NCBI RefSeq assembly: GCF_036321535.1
Contig: NC_087436.1
Location: 62,622,001 to 62,686,000, forward strand
DNA: 64,000 nucleotides
Reading direction: 5' to 3'
Source: Camelus dromedarius
Lineage: Eukaryota
Shown here one piece after another: positions 13,017 through 25,441 of the stretch (positions within the stretch are counted from its first letter, which is position 1; each line of letters begins with the position of its first letter). Made by a program: the position numbers and the translations under genes. Under the pieces are notes generated by a model, which was not told the DNA's origin, made no database searches, and worked only from the letters and a program-made list of their open reading frames with translations.

Positions 13017-13690
13017 GTGAGGAGTAACATCAGCAAAAATGCAGACTAAGAATCTCCGAGCTCTCTTTCTCCCACAGAAGCATCAAAAAATCAGCCACAA
13101 GCTGAAGGACCTCTAGGAAACAATCAAAGGTTCATGGCGGTGAAGCAAAAGCCCAATCAAGATAAAGCTGTCTTCAAAATGGTAGGATGTTTTGTGGTGT
13201 TTTTACTCAACATTTGCACTGTCTCTGGTGCAGTGATGGTCTTATTAATTGGTGGCAACCTTGTTCCCAGTCCCCCTCTTTGAACTGGAGAGAGTAGAGC
13301 AGACCTTACTTGCAAGTTATCATGTATGTCTCTTCCAACCTGTTTGGAGGGTATCTGAAACACTTACTCGCTCATCTCTTTCTCACATAACTAGAAACAC
13401 AGATGGAAAAAGCAGCGGGCACTATTGCAAATTACCCAAAAGTCATCAAGAGATGAATGGATAAACAATGATACATACATACAATGTTATACTATTAAGG
13501 CTTTAAAAGGAGTGAACTCCTGACATATGCTGCAACAGGAATGAACCTTGAAAACAATATGCTAAGTTAAATAAACCAGACCCCAAAGGACAGATACTGT
13601 ATGATTCCTCTTATATGAGATATCTTGAATAGGCAAATTCATAGATACAGAAGGTCTAGAAGAGGATACAAGAAGTTGGGTGAGTTAATT
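13017..13690 (+). mobile_element. L1 mini-element: L1M4/L1MB-type 5'UTR start joined directly to an L1MB-type 3' end
   Basis: Begins 'gtgaggagtaacatcagcaaaaatgcagactaag' (like the gacgtcagcaaaaatggcggagtaag 5' terminus). From ~13440 it reads 'gatgaatggataaacaa...atgaaccttgaaaacaatatgctaag...tgtatgattcctcttatatgag...ggcaaattcatagatacagaa' (L1MB 3' end). Confidence 0.75.
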
Positions 13691-13759
13691 TTTAGCTAAG
13701 AATTAAAAGCATCAGGTGTGTTTTTTGAAGAAGATGACATTTTTGATTCAAAGAAATGA

Positions 13760-14040
13760 CTCTCAGTTGAAGGATTCACTGCCCATGCATCAGCATGAAG
13801 AACTCCAGAGATCACTTCCCTAGAAAAATTATTAAAAAAAAAAAAAAAAGAAAAAGATAGTATCTCTGGAAATGTTTCCTAGGGCATACAATAAAAGAAG
13901 AAACATTTACTAAATAAAATCTACTAAAACTTGGTTAGGATAGAAAGAGTCTGGCATTTGAACCACAACCCATTTCCTTCCTGCGTCAGCACGTCTAGAT
14001 GTGTCCAGCCAAGAACCCAAAATTGTGCTCCAGCTGTCGA
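13760..14040 (+). mobile_element. Second L1M4-type 5'UTR fragment
   Basis: 'tctctggaaatgtttcctagggcatac...gaagaaacatttactaaataaaatctactaaaacttggt...gagtctggcatttgaaccac' resembles an old L1 5'UTR consensus. Confidence 0.55.
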
Positions 14041-16019
14041 TCAACAATGTGTTTAAAATTTCTTTTTGATCTCCTTCTAAGCCAAATCAACCAAAGTCCA
14101 TAGAGGTAATCTTTGTGCCTGTAATGTTTTATTTAGTGGCTCTATTCAACCAGCTTCAGTCTCTAATTTGGGCCATATAACTTCCAAATCTTGTATGCAA
14201 GTGAAACATGTATTTACCTCCCTGTGGTCTCATATTTAAGTTTTGTGAATACCTAAGTTATAACTTATCAAAGCAGGAGGCTCTTCTTAACTTACAGGTG
14301 TGTGTAAACATTTCTGATAATTTCTGAATTATCTTCTCCTTGTTTTTCACTTTGATTTTCTCAGATCATTGTTTTTATGGTTCTGCATTCAATGCTTTCA
14401 TTTTGCTAAATATTTTTTCCTAAATACAAATTATTTGAGTTCATATAGTTGACACTCTTCCTAAAGACTCATGTTATACTTTCATGTTGGCTTTTCTCTA
14501 TATAACTTTCCTTCAAATTATTAATGTAACTATAAAGTATGAGAAACTATTACTGGAGAGCTTCATTCATAGTCACATGGCTGTTTTTAGACACATACAT
14601 TTCACTGTAGCTGAGGATAACTTGTAATGGTATCATTTGATAATTCACCTTGATAATTACAAACCCAGAGTTTTATATCATTTCTGCAAAGTCTTTAACA
14701 ACCTTCCTTACTGAACTTACGGTACCCAACAGCTGAGGCTCATCCTCCTCCTCCGTAGCCAATGTTAGATACAGAAGGAATGGTGCTTTCCTTCCCATGG
14801 TACCATCTTGCCTCCTTTCCTGTGCAGTACAGCTAAGCACATTTAAAGCACTTGAATGCTTAGGCCTGTAGGAGGTATTTGATGTCAAGATGCGTAACAG
14901 ACACCCCCCTCCAAATTAACTGCGAAGTCTCTTAATCCATTCCTACTTTACTTTCTCATTCTTTATTTTTGCTTTTTTTTTAAGTCTGCTGGTTTCACAT
15001 TCTCTCAATTTTTTTTCTATTCTCATTCTTCCATTATTTTGTTCATTCCTAAGTAATATCCAATGTTCTTGACTATGATCGTTAAGTCTTATTTTAATTA
15101 GTAATAATAATAATAGCAAAAGTTACTGACTTTATGTCAGATATTGTGAGAAAAGATTTATCTACACTATCACTCCTTTTATAACATGACTGTTGAATGC
15201 ATTGGTTAATACATTCTCGGGTTTCTCAGACTCTGAGGGCCTTCCACCATTAAAATGCCTGTGCAGTTATATCTCACTCAAAAATAAACATTCGTGTAAT
15301 CAGGGTTGTGACATCATCAATCAAGACATTCCTGGCATTAGGAATCAGATCTAGAAAAGAGAACAGCTGGCCTCATCACTTTTTATTCCCTAAGAGACAT
15401 GATTAGTCTTTTAGAATTCATGTTCCACGTACCTACACCAGATTTCTACTCAATGTTCTGAAACAGTATTTTATTCATGGAACAAAATGAAACAAACGTG
15501 AGAAAAATACATTCTTTTTCATTGTTTGTTTAAAGCTTAATGATGAAAATTGTTATATTTTAGTTACTTTAGTCCTTCAAATGAACCCAGTGAAAAAAAG
15601 TTTTGGTATAATATTATAAAAATAAATTTTCAATTGGCTTTTCAGAATTAAAAAAGCATGCAATGAATCAAATGATTCTTCTGTTGGAGCTCTCAGAATT
15701 AGACACCAATGCAGAAATTAACATTTTACCCACCTCTGTCTCCTGTTTATAAATAAAAATTTGTATACCTTTCCAGATAGTGAAGCACACATTCTGCTAT
15801 GCTGCTTCTGTTCCAAGGGTGAATGAACGGAAGTGTTGTTGCACATGGTATGATTAAATCTTACCCCAAACTGTTTTGTTTCTCACAACTTATAGAAGAA
15901 TAAAAAAAAAAATCTACTTTAATAATATTTTTATGAACTGGGGTAATGTTAAGTCACTTAACAGTTTTTCTGTTTATTCTTATCAGAATTGGGCAGTAAT
16001 CATATTCCTTAGTTGTTTT

Positions 16020-16135
16020 GGCTGTGGAAAATTTATTTAACCACTCTAAGACTTAGTTTTCCTTGTCTTTAAAATGGAAATAGTGATAATAGTTTTTATT
16101 GGGCAGCTGTGAGGATAAAATTAAGTAAATGCTAG
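16020..16135 (+). mobile_element. MIR core fragment
   Basis: 'ttatttaaccactctaagacttagttttccttgtctttaaaatggaaatagtgataata...gtgaggataaaattaag' matches the MIR core. Confidence 0.75.
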
Positions 16136-17566
16136 CTATTTGACAGGTCTCTTGTTCTAGTATAAGGTGATTGCTCCGTCTAGATCATGATAACTGTTCA
16201 TCATTATCATTATTGCTCAGAACTGTAAATCAGTTAGTTATTTCCCATAACATAGCCTTTTATAGTTATAAGTAAAAACATCAGAAAAGATGTTCATGAT
16301 TTATTTAAATCTTCAGGTCACCCTAGGAGGCTAGTTATAAAGTAAGTGTTAGTTATTCATATGTTACTAGAAATAGCTATACTTCCCAAACAGGGCAACC
16401 TACTTAGTAAATATGGGAATTCCAATTTCCTTTGTTTCAAGGAGAGCGAAACAGCATATTGCAAGGAAGCCCAAATATTTTTTTTCTTTTTTTTCTTTTC
16501 CTATTGAGTCAATAATAAATGTTTGAATTGCCCACCTAGAAAGATTTTCTTTGAGGAGAAAGTGCTGGGGTCATTTGAAAACTCACTTGATACTCTACTG
16601 GAAAGAGAATAGCTGTTCTCTTGGGCTGGCTAGCAGTAGATGAAATAGCTTTTTCTCTCCCCTTGCCTCATCCCCCACCACCTTCACTCATGCCCTTTAT
16701 AATATTCGACAAAAGCATTGCTCAACTGCATCTTGTCTGACAGTGAAGGTACATAAAATGCCCATTTTGTTTAAATGAATGGCAGTAACCTTTTTGCTAC
16801 ACTAACTACTACTGCACCACAGGAAACAGCATGCGCTCTGCTTGTATCACTTCTCTTTCAGCTCATGGTGTCTTGCAGGTGATATAAATCACAATCTCCT
16901 TCAATCTGATAATCATTTAACATGAGATCCCTGTGCTGTATTCAAGTAGGTCCTTTACTTTTTGACACACCTGATGCTTCTAAAGCTGTGTACTCACTGA
17001 TTAAAAAAACAAGTTTTCTTAAAGAAACAAAAATAGTCAATAGCATAGTCTCAAATCCTGCAGTGCTGGCCTGTCTTTAGAATCAGTCTCAATGACTATT
17101 TAACCTTTGTCCTTGTGACATTCATTTATAAAATATTGATTAATTTTTGTTAAGTACTAGTCTCACCTTAAGAGCTGGGGATTTAGTAGTGAATAAATAT
17201 TATCACCTACATGAATTGATCTATTTTGTTCTTCATTTCCCCTAGGATATAAAATAACAATTTACATATGTATTTTTATTATATAGTATTTAGTAAAAAT
17301 ATATTTTACACATATTTATTATTTTTGAACTAGTAGAAAAATTAATCAAGTCATATAAATGCTTCTTCCTGGAAAATTCATAACACTATTTCGTTGCTAA
17401 ATGATACACTCAATATGTACAAATTAGCCAGGGGCAATATTTAAATATAAAAACTTGACAGTATAAAAACAATGTATAAGATTTAGACAAATTAACCAAT
17501 TCTCAACATCAAGGATCATATAGAGGTCAAATTTGTGAAATCATACAATCACCAGTTTAAACTCGC

Positions 17567-18020
17567 TATTTTGTTTTGAATTTACCCAGAGGTATACCCT
17601 GAGGCAAGTATTTTGGTGCAAAGAATTTCTTTGGGAGGGTCCCAGGAAATGCATGTAGGGGGACATGGAAATGAGACTGGAGGAAAACAGACAATAAAGT
17701 GTTAACAGTTAAGCACGTGCTTACTGGATTAAAGAAGCTCAGTCTGTTGGGGAACTCAACTCTATATCCAATGTAGAACACCTGACTCAGAATTCTCTCA
17801 CCTGAGGGGCGAGGGAGCTGAGGTTATAAAAGCTTCCACTTGTTATTGCTTGAGAGCTTCTTCTCAGGGCTGTGAACTCTTCGGTGCTTCTAGCTTACTG
17901 TGATGGCGGATAAGACGCCTCCAGGATGCAGAGGAACTCTCCAGACAAAGAAATGTAGGTGCCAGTGGTTGGAGGTCTGCCCAGCATGTACCGAGGAAGG
18001 AGGCGGAGACATAGCTAAGG
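17567..18020 (-). mobile_element. ERVL-class solo LTR (LTR33/LTR16-like)
   Basis: 'cccagaggtataccctgaggcaagtattttggtgcaaagaatttctttgggagggtcccaggaa' matches the antisense LTR33/LTR16 3' end. The block is GC-richer than its AT-rich flanks. Confidence 0.7.
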
Positions 18021-18209
18021 TACTTATGTCTTATATCAAATTCTAATTTACTAATCAGTTAAATAGATAAAACAGTAGGGAACAGCAGCAACAAAAACTA
18101 AAATGAGAAGCTTACGTTGATTGACACATACCTGGATTACTGTCCCACAAATACTGAGTAATGATCATTGTTCCTAGGCTCCCCTAACCCCCCCCCAGAC
18201 TAATAAGGT

Positions 18210-18432
18210 GCTCATTCTGTGAATTCCCATAGCACTGTATACTTTCTTAGTCATAATTTATTAACCTTTATTGTTATTATTTGGGGGTATCTAACTGTCT
18301 ATGTCCTTTTGCAAAAATAAGCTCTGCAAACACAGGGATAATATGCATCTTTTTTAATGTCATATATCCTAATAATTAAGAGAATGCCTACCTCATAGGA
18401 GGTTTTTTGTAAATACCTGATGAATAATGGGT
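18210..18432 (+). mobile_element. L2 3' end
   Basis: 'cccatagcactgtatac...taagctctgcaaacacaggga...aatgcctacctcataggagg...taaatacctgatgaataatg'. Confidence 0.65.
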
Positions 18433-19644
18433 GAATAATAATTTTTCAATGCCATTCAAAAAGAAAAAATGAAGTATATGTTTTAATAATGAAATATAAA
18501 TTTAGGAACTGCTTTTAAATTGATTTAAATAATATTCATGTCTTATAATAACCCAACAGAATAGCATTTGTTCTACTTTTTTTTCCATATATGGCTTTAT
18601 ACTCACTTGGTGGAAATCATTGTAGGGATTTAAATTTCAGTTAAATTATTTTCAGTTTAATCAGTTCGCTGGTAACTTCAGAAAGTTACTGTTTATCAGG
18701 GTGAGTTCGGGATTTAATAGGTGTTATGATCTGATAGCATTTGCTTTTGATCTAAATTTCTTTTCAAACTCAGATAAGAATGTCTCTAAACTGGCAATAA
18801 CAAAAGTACTAAATAGCAAATGTATTCAGAGGTTCAGGTGATGCTACTTTGAAGAAAGAATAAACCCTCAGGAACAGTAAAGGGAATCAGCAGAGCACTT
18901 AATTAGCACTTGGCCAACCCTTTCTAAAAGAATGTTTACTGGCTCATACAATATGTAACGTTGATTCTTTTCTAATGTTTTTGTCTGTGCTTTGATTTGG
19001 TAAAATAAAATGGCTAAATAAATGTTTTCAGGTTGAGGAAAAAAGAAGTGTCCTCTCTGAGTGATCCTGTATATATAGGTTGTTTTTTTATATGCTAGCT
19101 TTTTGAGGTTGTGAGAAGCAGTGAATTAATTTTCTTGACTCTAAGAGGGAATAGAAATACGGAGGGGGGAAAAGACTCAGGAATATACAGGTAGGTAGAT
19201 AGAAATATAGAGAGCCTTTTTTTTTTTTGAAAAGCTTTACAGATTTACTGCCTTGGAGAAAGTGAAGGTTCTCAGAAGTTTTTTAACTAAATTTGACAAA
19301 CAGATGACAACTGAAAGTAGAAAAAAGGAAGTCTCATCATGTACTCTAAAAAGCTGACGTTTTAGGCAACATGTTTGTTTTTTCCTAGTTCTAGAGATTT
19401 TACCTGTGTTTCTTAAATGGAGAATTATGATGTAAGGTAATGCTTAATGTCATAATATAGTAAATGATAGAGCAGATTCAAAATGTGTTGTTATCATTTT
19501 TTCCCATGGCCTTGTAATATGAATAATTTATGCCTTTATATGAGCTGAACTTTATACTAGAGTTTGCTAAAATTTAAAATTAGGAAATCTATTATGTTAA
19601 TTTGAAAAACTTTGCCTATACTTGTCTGTTCAACATTTTCACTT

Positions 19645-19895
19645 TAATGTCTCAATGGCAGCTGAATATACCCAATGATGAACTCATGATTCCTCTTGAA
19701 ATGTAATTTTATTATGTTCAGTGTCCTCCTGAAAGGTACCACCATCTAGACATTTGTGCCAAAACTAAGCTTAGGAGACCCCATGACATCTTTGTCTCCT
19801 CATCCCGTGTTCAATACAATACTTGTTCTTATTGCTTGTCTCTCTTAAATTTCTCCTGAATCTGACCATTTTCTCCATCCTAATGGCCATCTGTC
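19645..19895 (+). mobile_element. L2 fragment
   Basis: 'gaactcatgattcctc...ggtaccaccatc...cttaaatttctcctgaatctgaccattttctccatcctaatggcca'. Confidence 0.55.
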
Positions 19896-21847
19896 CATAT
19901 AAGGCAAATAACTGTGCCTCAGAAAGAGCAGCATATGAAGGAAAACTGGGTATTTTGTGGATTTCCATTGTTTTCCCTTATCTTCCCACATCACTTTTAA
20001 TATCATGAAGTCAAGTCTTAAAAAATCTGATATTATAGTTTTATACAAGTTATAGTGTATGTATGTACATTTCTATTTATATATAATATATACTTTTACA
20101 TACATTTACAAATCAGTATAGTGTTATTCAAACTCTATTTTTTAATGAAAACATGTCACTCCAATAATAATTCAGAACTGAGAAATTATACAATTTATAG
20201 AATTCCCATAGCACCTCAGATAAAACTTGTCTTATGAGATCATTGAGTAAAATGTATCTTTGACTGGACAGCAAATGAATGAAAGGTTAAACCCCCTTTG
20301 GCTCCCTCATTGGCAGTTTGATTGCTCACCTCTGTAGCTGCCATATATCATTGATTAGGAGGGATCAAACTCATTGCTAACTCTGGAATATCAAAGTGGA
20401 GAGATTAATCAAACTCTGCAAACCCACAAAGATCGTCAGAAGACCAATGATTTTTTCCTGGACTGTTAGGGATAGACTTACTTTGAATGAATTAAACTGA
20501 TGAGTTTAGAGAGAAGTAGGATGCTATTAAATACATTCCTGGTGATTTTACTGAAGTCTCAGTAAGAATCAACAGCTCTGTCAAAGCTGAAACATTTTAG
20601 CTTTCAAATGTCTAAGTCGGCTGACTTATGACCATCCTTACTTACCATAGATCAGTTATTTCAATAGCCTACTCAATTAGCACTGACAATTATGGCAGAG
20701 CAAAGCCTGCAGTTATGGATTAGTGTCACACACTATTGCAGCAAAAGGGAAATTATAACTTACACTCTTAAAAAGTAATAGTAATAAATGGTTCTTACCT
20801 TACATTTTAAAAGTTTTGCTTTTGCTTTTTGATAAACCTATTAACAAATAATTTAATGAGTGCGTTTAGGACTTGGAACAGCATCAGTATTTTTCAGATG
20901 CACAAATTTGTAGCTTTTACATGAGCACATGCTTTTTTATTTCTAGAAGTATACTAATAGTTTGTTATTTTTAACAAAAATACTTTATAAATCAACATAT
21001 GTTCTCACATATATTACATAAACACATGCATTTAGGAAAAAGTATGTCTGTATATACGTATAGTGGGTACTATTTTTGTGTTTGAATATATGGATATAAT
21101 TTAGCCATTGGTACTTTTGATAACTCAGTAAATTCTTAGTTTGTCTTCCCATAGCACAAAAACAGCTTTTTATATTTTTCTTATGTTAAAAATTCATTCT
21201 TTTATTTTAGAAACTAAGACTCTTTTACCTGTTATAATTTGTTTATTCTTTTCTAAAGTTATTAGAAATCCTTTTCTCAGATACCACTTTTTACTCCCTG
21301 ATTAAAAAAAAAATCAAAGAACATAATTTTAATAGGCAAAAGACACATTCTTTATTACATACTTGCATTTTCTCCCATATGTTATTTTCCTCTAAGATTC
21401 TTGTAAAGAAATCCTAATGGAAAATGGAAGAGATATGTCAAACGGAATATCTTGATCTCATCTAGCTTTGGCGAACTTTAAAAAACCATAGGTCAAAGTA
21501 TGTTTTGCTCTCACTTTAGCTTTACACTTGAGTCATTTTATTCCATGTGCATATAACCTTTTGCTTAACAAATGCTCCGTCAGACCCATAGGCAGCTCTT
21601 TATGATAACAATACATATGCTTAGTTCTGAAAACAATTTAAGTGGATAATGAGGTTACAGATGTAACACTACTATAATCCAGGCATTTAACTAAAGTGTT
21701 ATATTATTTGAGGGAGGACCTAAATGAAAGGAATAAAATACATCTAGTCAATTTTGAGATTATAGGCTTTCATGGAGTAATGGAATTTATCATCAGAAAT
21801 AGAAACTTATCAAATCATACCTGCAGAAAGTTTTGAAATTCTTAACC

Positions 21848-22000
21848 CATTCATTCCCTACATAGTTATTGGATATTTACTATTCATTAGACCCTGTTCT
21901 AATCTTGAGAAGTATAATGGTGACTTTACAAGACTGTTCTTTCCCTGGTAGAGTTTATAGTGTGTTTGATGTAGAAAAATAAACAGGTGAGTATAATACA
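21848..22000 (-). mobile_element. L2 3' end
   Basis: 'cattcattccctacatagttattggatatttacta...ccctgttcta...ccctggtagagtttatagt'. Confidence 0.6.
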
Positions 22001-22009
22001 GTTTTAGAA

Positions 22010-22380
22010 AGGCCAGAGCCTTTCTTTATAATAATAATAATAGTCATGAACCACAATATGAGTGGTTATATGACAAGTTGAAGCAATCAGATTTCTTCAC
22101 CAAGATATTTCTAATTGGAGTTACTCTGGGGGAAATTCTTTTTTGCTTCTCTGGTCATGCAGCTCAAATATTTGTCCCAGAACTGTCAGTGACCATGTTC
22201 ATCACATGAAACAATAAAAAAGGCATCCAGAAAGATCACAAGGTTGCTAGAGCATCTCTGATTCTATTTTTTTTATTTAAAGCCTTTAAATAAATCATTC
22301 CTTGCCATCAAGCTTATTTACATCTTTCTAGGGTCAGTATGACTAATGACTATGACTATGATTAGTCAATATGACTAATG
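22010..22380 (+). mobile_element. Decayed MaLR LTR (MLT1J/K-like), tentative
   Basis: 'gcaatcagatttcttc...ccagaactgtcagtgaccatg...aataaatcattcc...tgactaat' has MLT1-like layout. Confidence 0.4.
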
Positions 22381-22894
22381 TGCCTACATAGTTACTCTCA
22401 TAGCAGTGTTAATATTATGCAATGAGATGACTTTTCTCCAGGAACGCTTATATAGATGTTTAGATGGCAAACATTTCGATTAATCTCATATTGGAATTTT
22501 GGCAGGTAGGGATGAGAGTGAAAGAAAATAATAAAATCCAGTTAAAGCTATTAACAAAACAGTGAGAGACTATGGTAAATCCCACATTTATCAATGATTC
22601 TTCGGTACTGAAATATACACCTCCCGCTCTCATATCTCCAACTGAACCACTAGGCTATTCAGAACTTCTGCAATAGGGTTAACAAATTGTCGTATTTTTT
22701 TCCCCTCAAGCATGTTTCTTAATGTTTCCAGTATTTCCTTGCCTCAAGGAAAACCTGGTCTGTCTCCAGGATGCACCTTCCTCTAAAGCCTTTTCATGTA
22801 GGTGTTGATCATCCTCTAAAAAGAAAGGAGGGTACTCCATCTATTACTTTTATAACCATGTATAGATTAAAATTAGCATGACCAGAACCATAAA

Positions 22895-23075
22895 TAGGTC
22901 ATTTTGATGGAGTGCTTCATTCAAACTAGGCACTGTTCTAAATTCATTTCTTGTATCATCTCACTTAATACTAAAAGTATTCCATGAAGTAGGCTATAGT
23001 TTAATTTGCATTTGATAAGTGATAAAAACTGGGCCCTACGTGGTTATTTAACTTCATCAAAGTGACACAGCTAGA
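22895..23075 (-). mobile_element. MIR
   Basis: 'ggcactgttctaaattc...tcatctcacttaat...atgaagtaggcta...aaaactgggcc...taacttcatcaaagtgacacagctag'. Confidence 0.75.
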
Positions 23076-23076
23076 A

Positions 23077-23223
23077 CAAATTTTTACAAAGCATTGATTT
23101 TTTGGGTGTGTGTGTGTGTGTGTGTCATCAAGAATTCCTGTGAATATAGTTTAAAATGTTGATTTATGAGAACCCATACCTGATCTGCCCTCCAAGACTC
23201 TAGGGTTGTGGGACTTGGCAATC
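23077..23223 (+). mobile_element. MER5A-like hAT-Charlie MITE, left part; contains (TG)n at 23107-23124
   Basis: 'catcaagaattcctgtg...tttaaaatgttgatttatgagaacccatacc...tctagggttgtgggacttggcaatc' resembles the MER5A 5' half. Confidence 0.5.
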
Positions 23224-23469
23224 TAAATCAGAAAGGTAAATTGAGGCCAGCTCAAATTACTAGAAATTGAGTTTATTCAAGAGCAGCAGAGAAATTGCAG
23301 TTTGGGAAGCACGTGCTGTAGCCAGGTACTGGCAAGTTCCTTGAGGGTTTGGGGCAGGCTGTATTTATGGACAAGGAGAGCAAAGGGAGGGGAAGTCCCG
23401 CCAGTATTCAAGGAATAAGTTCATTACCTTGAGGATGGGGAGAGATTCTTGGCAGATGTTCTATTGGTC
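23224..23469 (-). mobile_element. ERV-type solo LTR, 3' part (split by an L1)
   Basis: Antisense AATAAA ('tttatt' at ~23272), TATA-like 'gtatttat' and CCAAT ('attgg' at 23463) lie in LTR order on the minus strand. The LTR resumes after the L1 at 28340. Confidence 0.65.
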
Positions 23470-24300
23470 AGGAGATGTCTTTCCCCCATGCCTCAGTTTT
23501 ACTGATATATAATTGGCATGTAGCATTGTATAAGTTTAAGGTGTAAAGCATAATGATTTGAATTACGTATATCATGAAATGGTTATCACAATAAGTTTAG
23601 TGAACATCCATCATCTCATATACATATAAAAATTTTTTAAATGTCCTTGTGATGAGGCTTACTCTCAACAACTGTCATATATAACATACAGCAGTGTTAG
23701 TTATATTTATCATATTGTACATTATATCCCTAGTACTTATTTATCTTACTACTGGAATTTGTAATTTCCCCTCCCCAACCTCCTCTTCTGGTAACCACAA
23801 ATCTGGTTTCTTTTTCTATGAGTTTGTTTTTTAAAATGTATTTGACCTTTTAGTTCCTGTTATACAACATAGTGATTCAATGTTTCTATACATTTCAATA
23901 TGATCACCACAATGACTCTGATTACAAATGTCACTATACAAATATATTACATATTTGTTGACTATATTCCCCATACTGTTTATTTCATACCTGTGACTCC
24001 TTTATTTTGCAAGTGGAAGTTTGTACCTCTCAATCTCCCTCACCTGTTTCTTTCTTCCACTCCCCCTCCCTCCCCCTGACAACCATCTGTTTCTTTTCTG
24101 TATCCATAATGGTTTCTATTTTGATATGTTTGTTCATTTGTCTTTTTTTTTTTAAGGTTACACATATAAATTAAATCATATAGTATTTGTCTTCCTCTGT
24201 TTAACTTATTTAACATAATGTCCTCTAGATTCATCCATATTGTCCATGTTGCCACAAATGGCAAGATTTCATTCTTTTTATGGCTGAGTAATATTCCATG

Positions 24301-24332
<32 letters not shown>

Positions 24333-24362
24333 ATATGTATACACACACACACCCCCCCCCCC
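24301..24362. repeat. Compound microsatellite (GT)13, TA-rich spacer, (AC)6, poly-C inside the L1
   Basis: Directly visible. Confidence 0.95.
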
Positions 24363-25308
24363 ACATCTTCGCTATCCATTTGTTGATAGTTTGCTTCTAT
24401 AAACTGGGTATTGTAAATAATGCTGCAGTGAACTTAGAGGTGCATATATTTTTGCAGATAAATGTTTTTGTTTTCTTTGGATAAATACCCAGGAGTGGAA
24501 GTGCTGAATCATATGGTAGATACATTTTTAATATTTTGGATTATTGTGTTTTCAGGTACATTTTTATTTCTTTCAGTTTATTCAGCAGTTTATTAGTTGT
24601 TCAGTAGCATATGGTTTAGCCTGCATGTGTTCATGTTTTTTGAAGTTTTTTGGGTTTTTTTTTCTTATAGCTGATTTCTAGTCTTGTGGTGCTGTGGTCG
24701 AAAGAGATACTTGATATCATTTCAGTGTTCTTAAATTTACTGAGACTTGTTCTGTGGCCTAGCATATGATCTATCCTGGAGAGTGTTTCATGTGCACTTG
24801 AAAATGGTGTGTGTTCTGCTGCTTTTTGTTAGAATGTTCTACATATTATCTGTTGAGGTCATTTGGTCTAATGTGTCACTTAAGTTCATGTTTCTTTATT
24901 GATTTCCTGTCTGGATGATCTGTCCATTGATTTAAATGGGTGTTAAAGTCCCCTATTATTGTGTTATTGTTATTCTCCCTTTATATTGTTATTCTCCCTT
25001 TATATCTGTTAATTACCTATGTATCTAGATGCTCCTATATTGGGTACATGTATGTTTACAACTGTTAAATCTTCTTGGGTTGATCCCTTAATCATTATCT
25101 AATGTTCTTCTTTGTCCTTTGTTCTAAAGTCTATTTTGTCTGATATTAATATGGCTACCTCTACTTTTTTAAAATTTCTGTTTGCATGGAATGCATTTTT
25201 CCATTCCCTCACTTTCAGTCTATTGTGTGTCTTTAGATCAGACGTAAGTATCTTGTATCCAGCATATATGTTATATATATAATATATATATATAAAAGAT
25301 TTGTTTCT

Positions 25309-25441
25309 CTCTTTTTTGATTAATTAATTTGTTGTGGGGGGTAGTTAGGTTATTATTTATTTTTCATGCAGGTACTGGGGATTGAACCCAGGACCTTGTG
25401 CATGGTAGGCACCCATAGTACCACTGAGACATACATCCCCC
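25309..25441 (-). mobile_element. tRNA-Ala-derived SINE (camelid vic-1-like)
   Basis: Minus strand reads ggggatgtatgtctcagtggtac...catgcacaaggtcctgggttcaatccccagtacc (A box and B box), then aaataaataataacctaactacccccc and an A-rich tail. Perfect 11-bp TSD gatttgtttct at 25298-25308 and 25444-25454. Confidence 0.9.

Noticed and set aside
25370..25441. tRNA-Ala gene (also 58730-58802)
   Set aside because: Stems are disrupted, and an A-rich tail plus TSDs show these are SINE copies.
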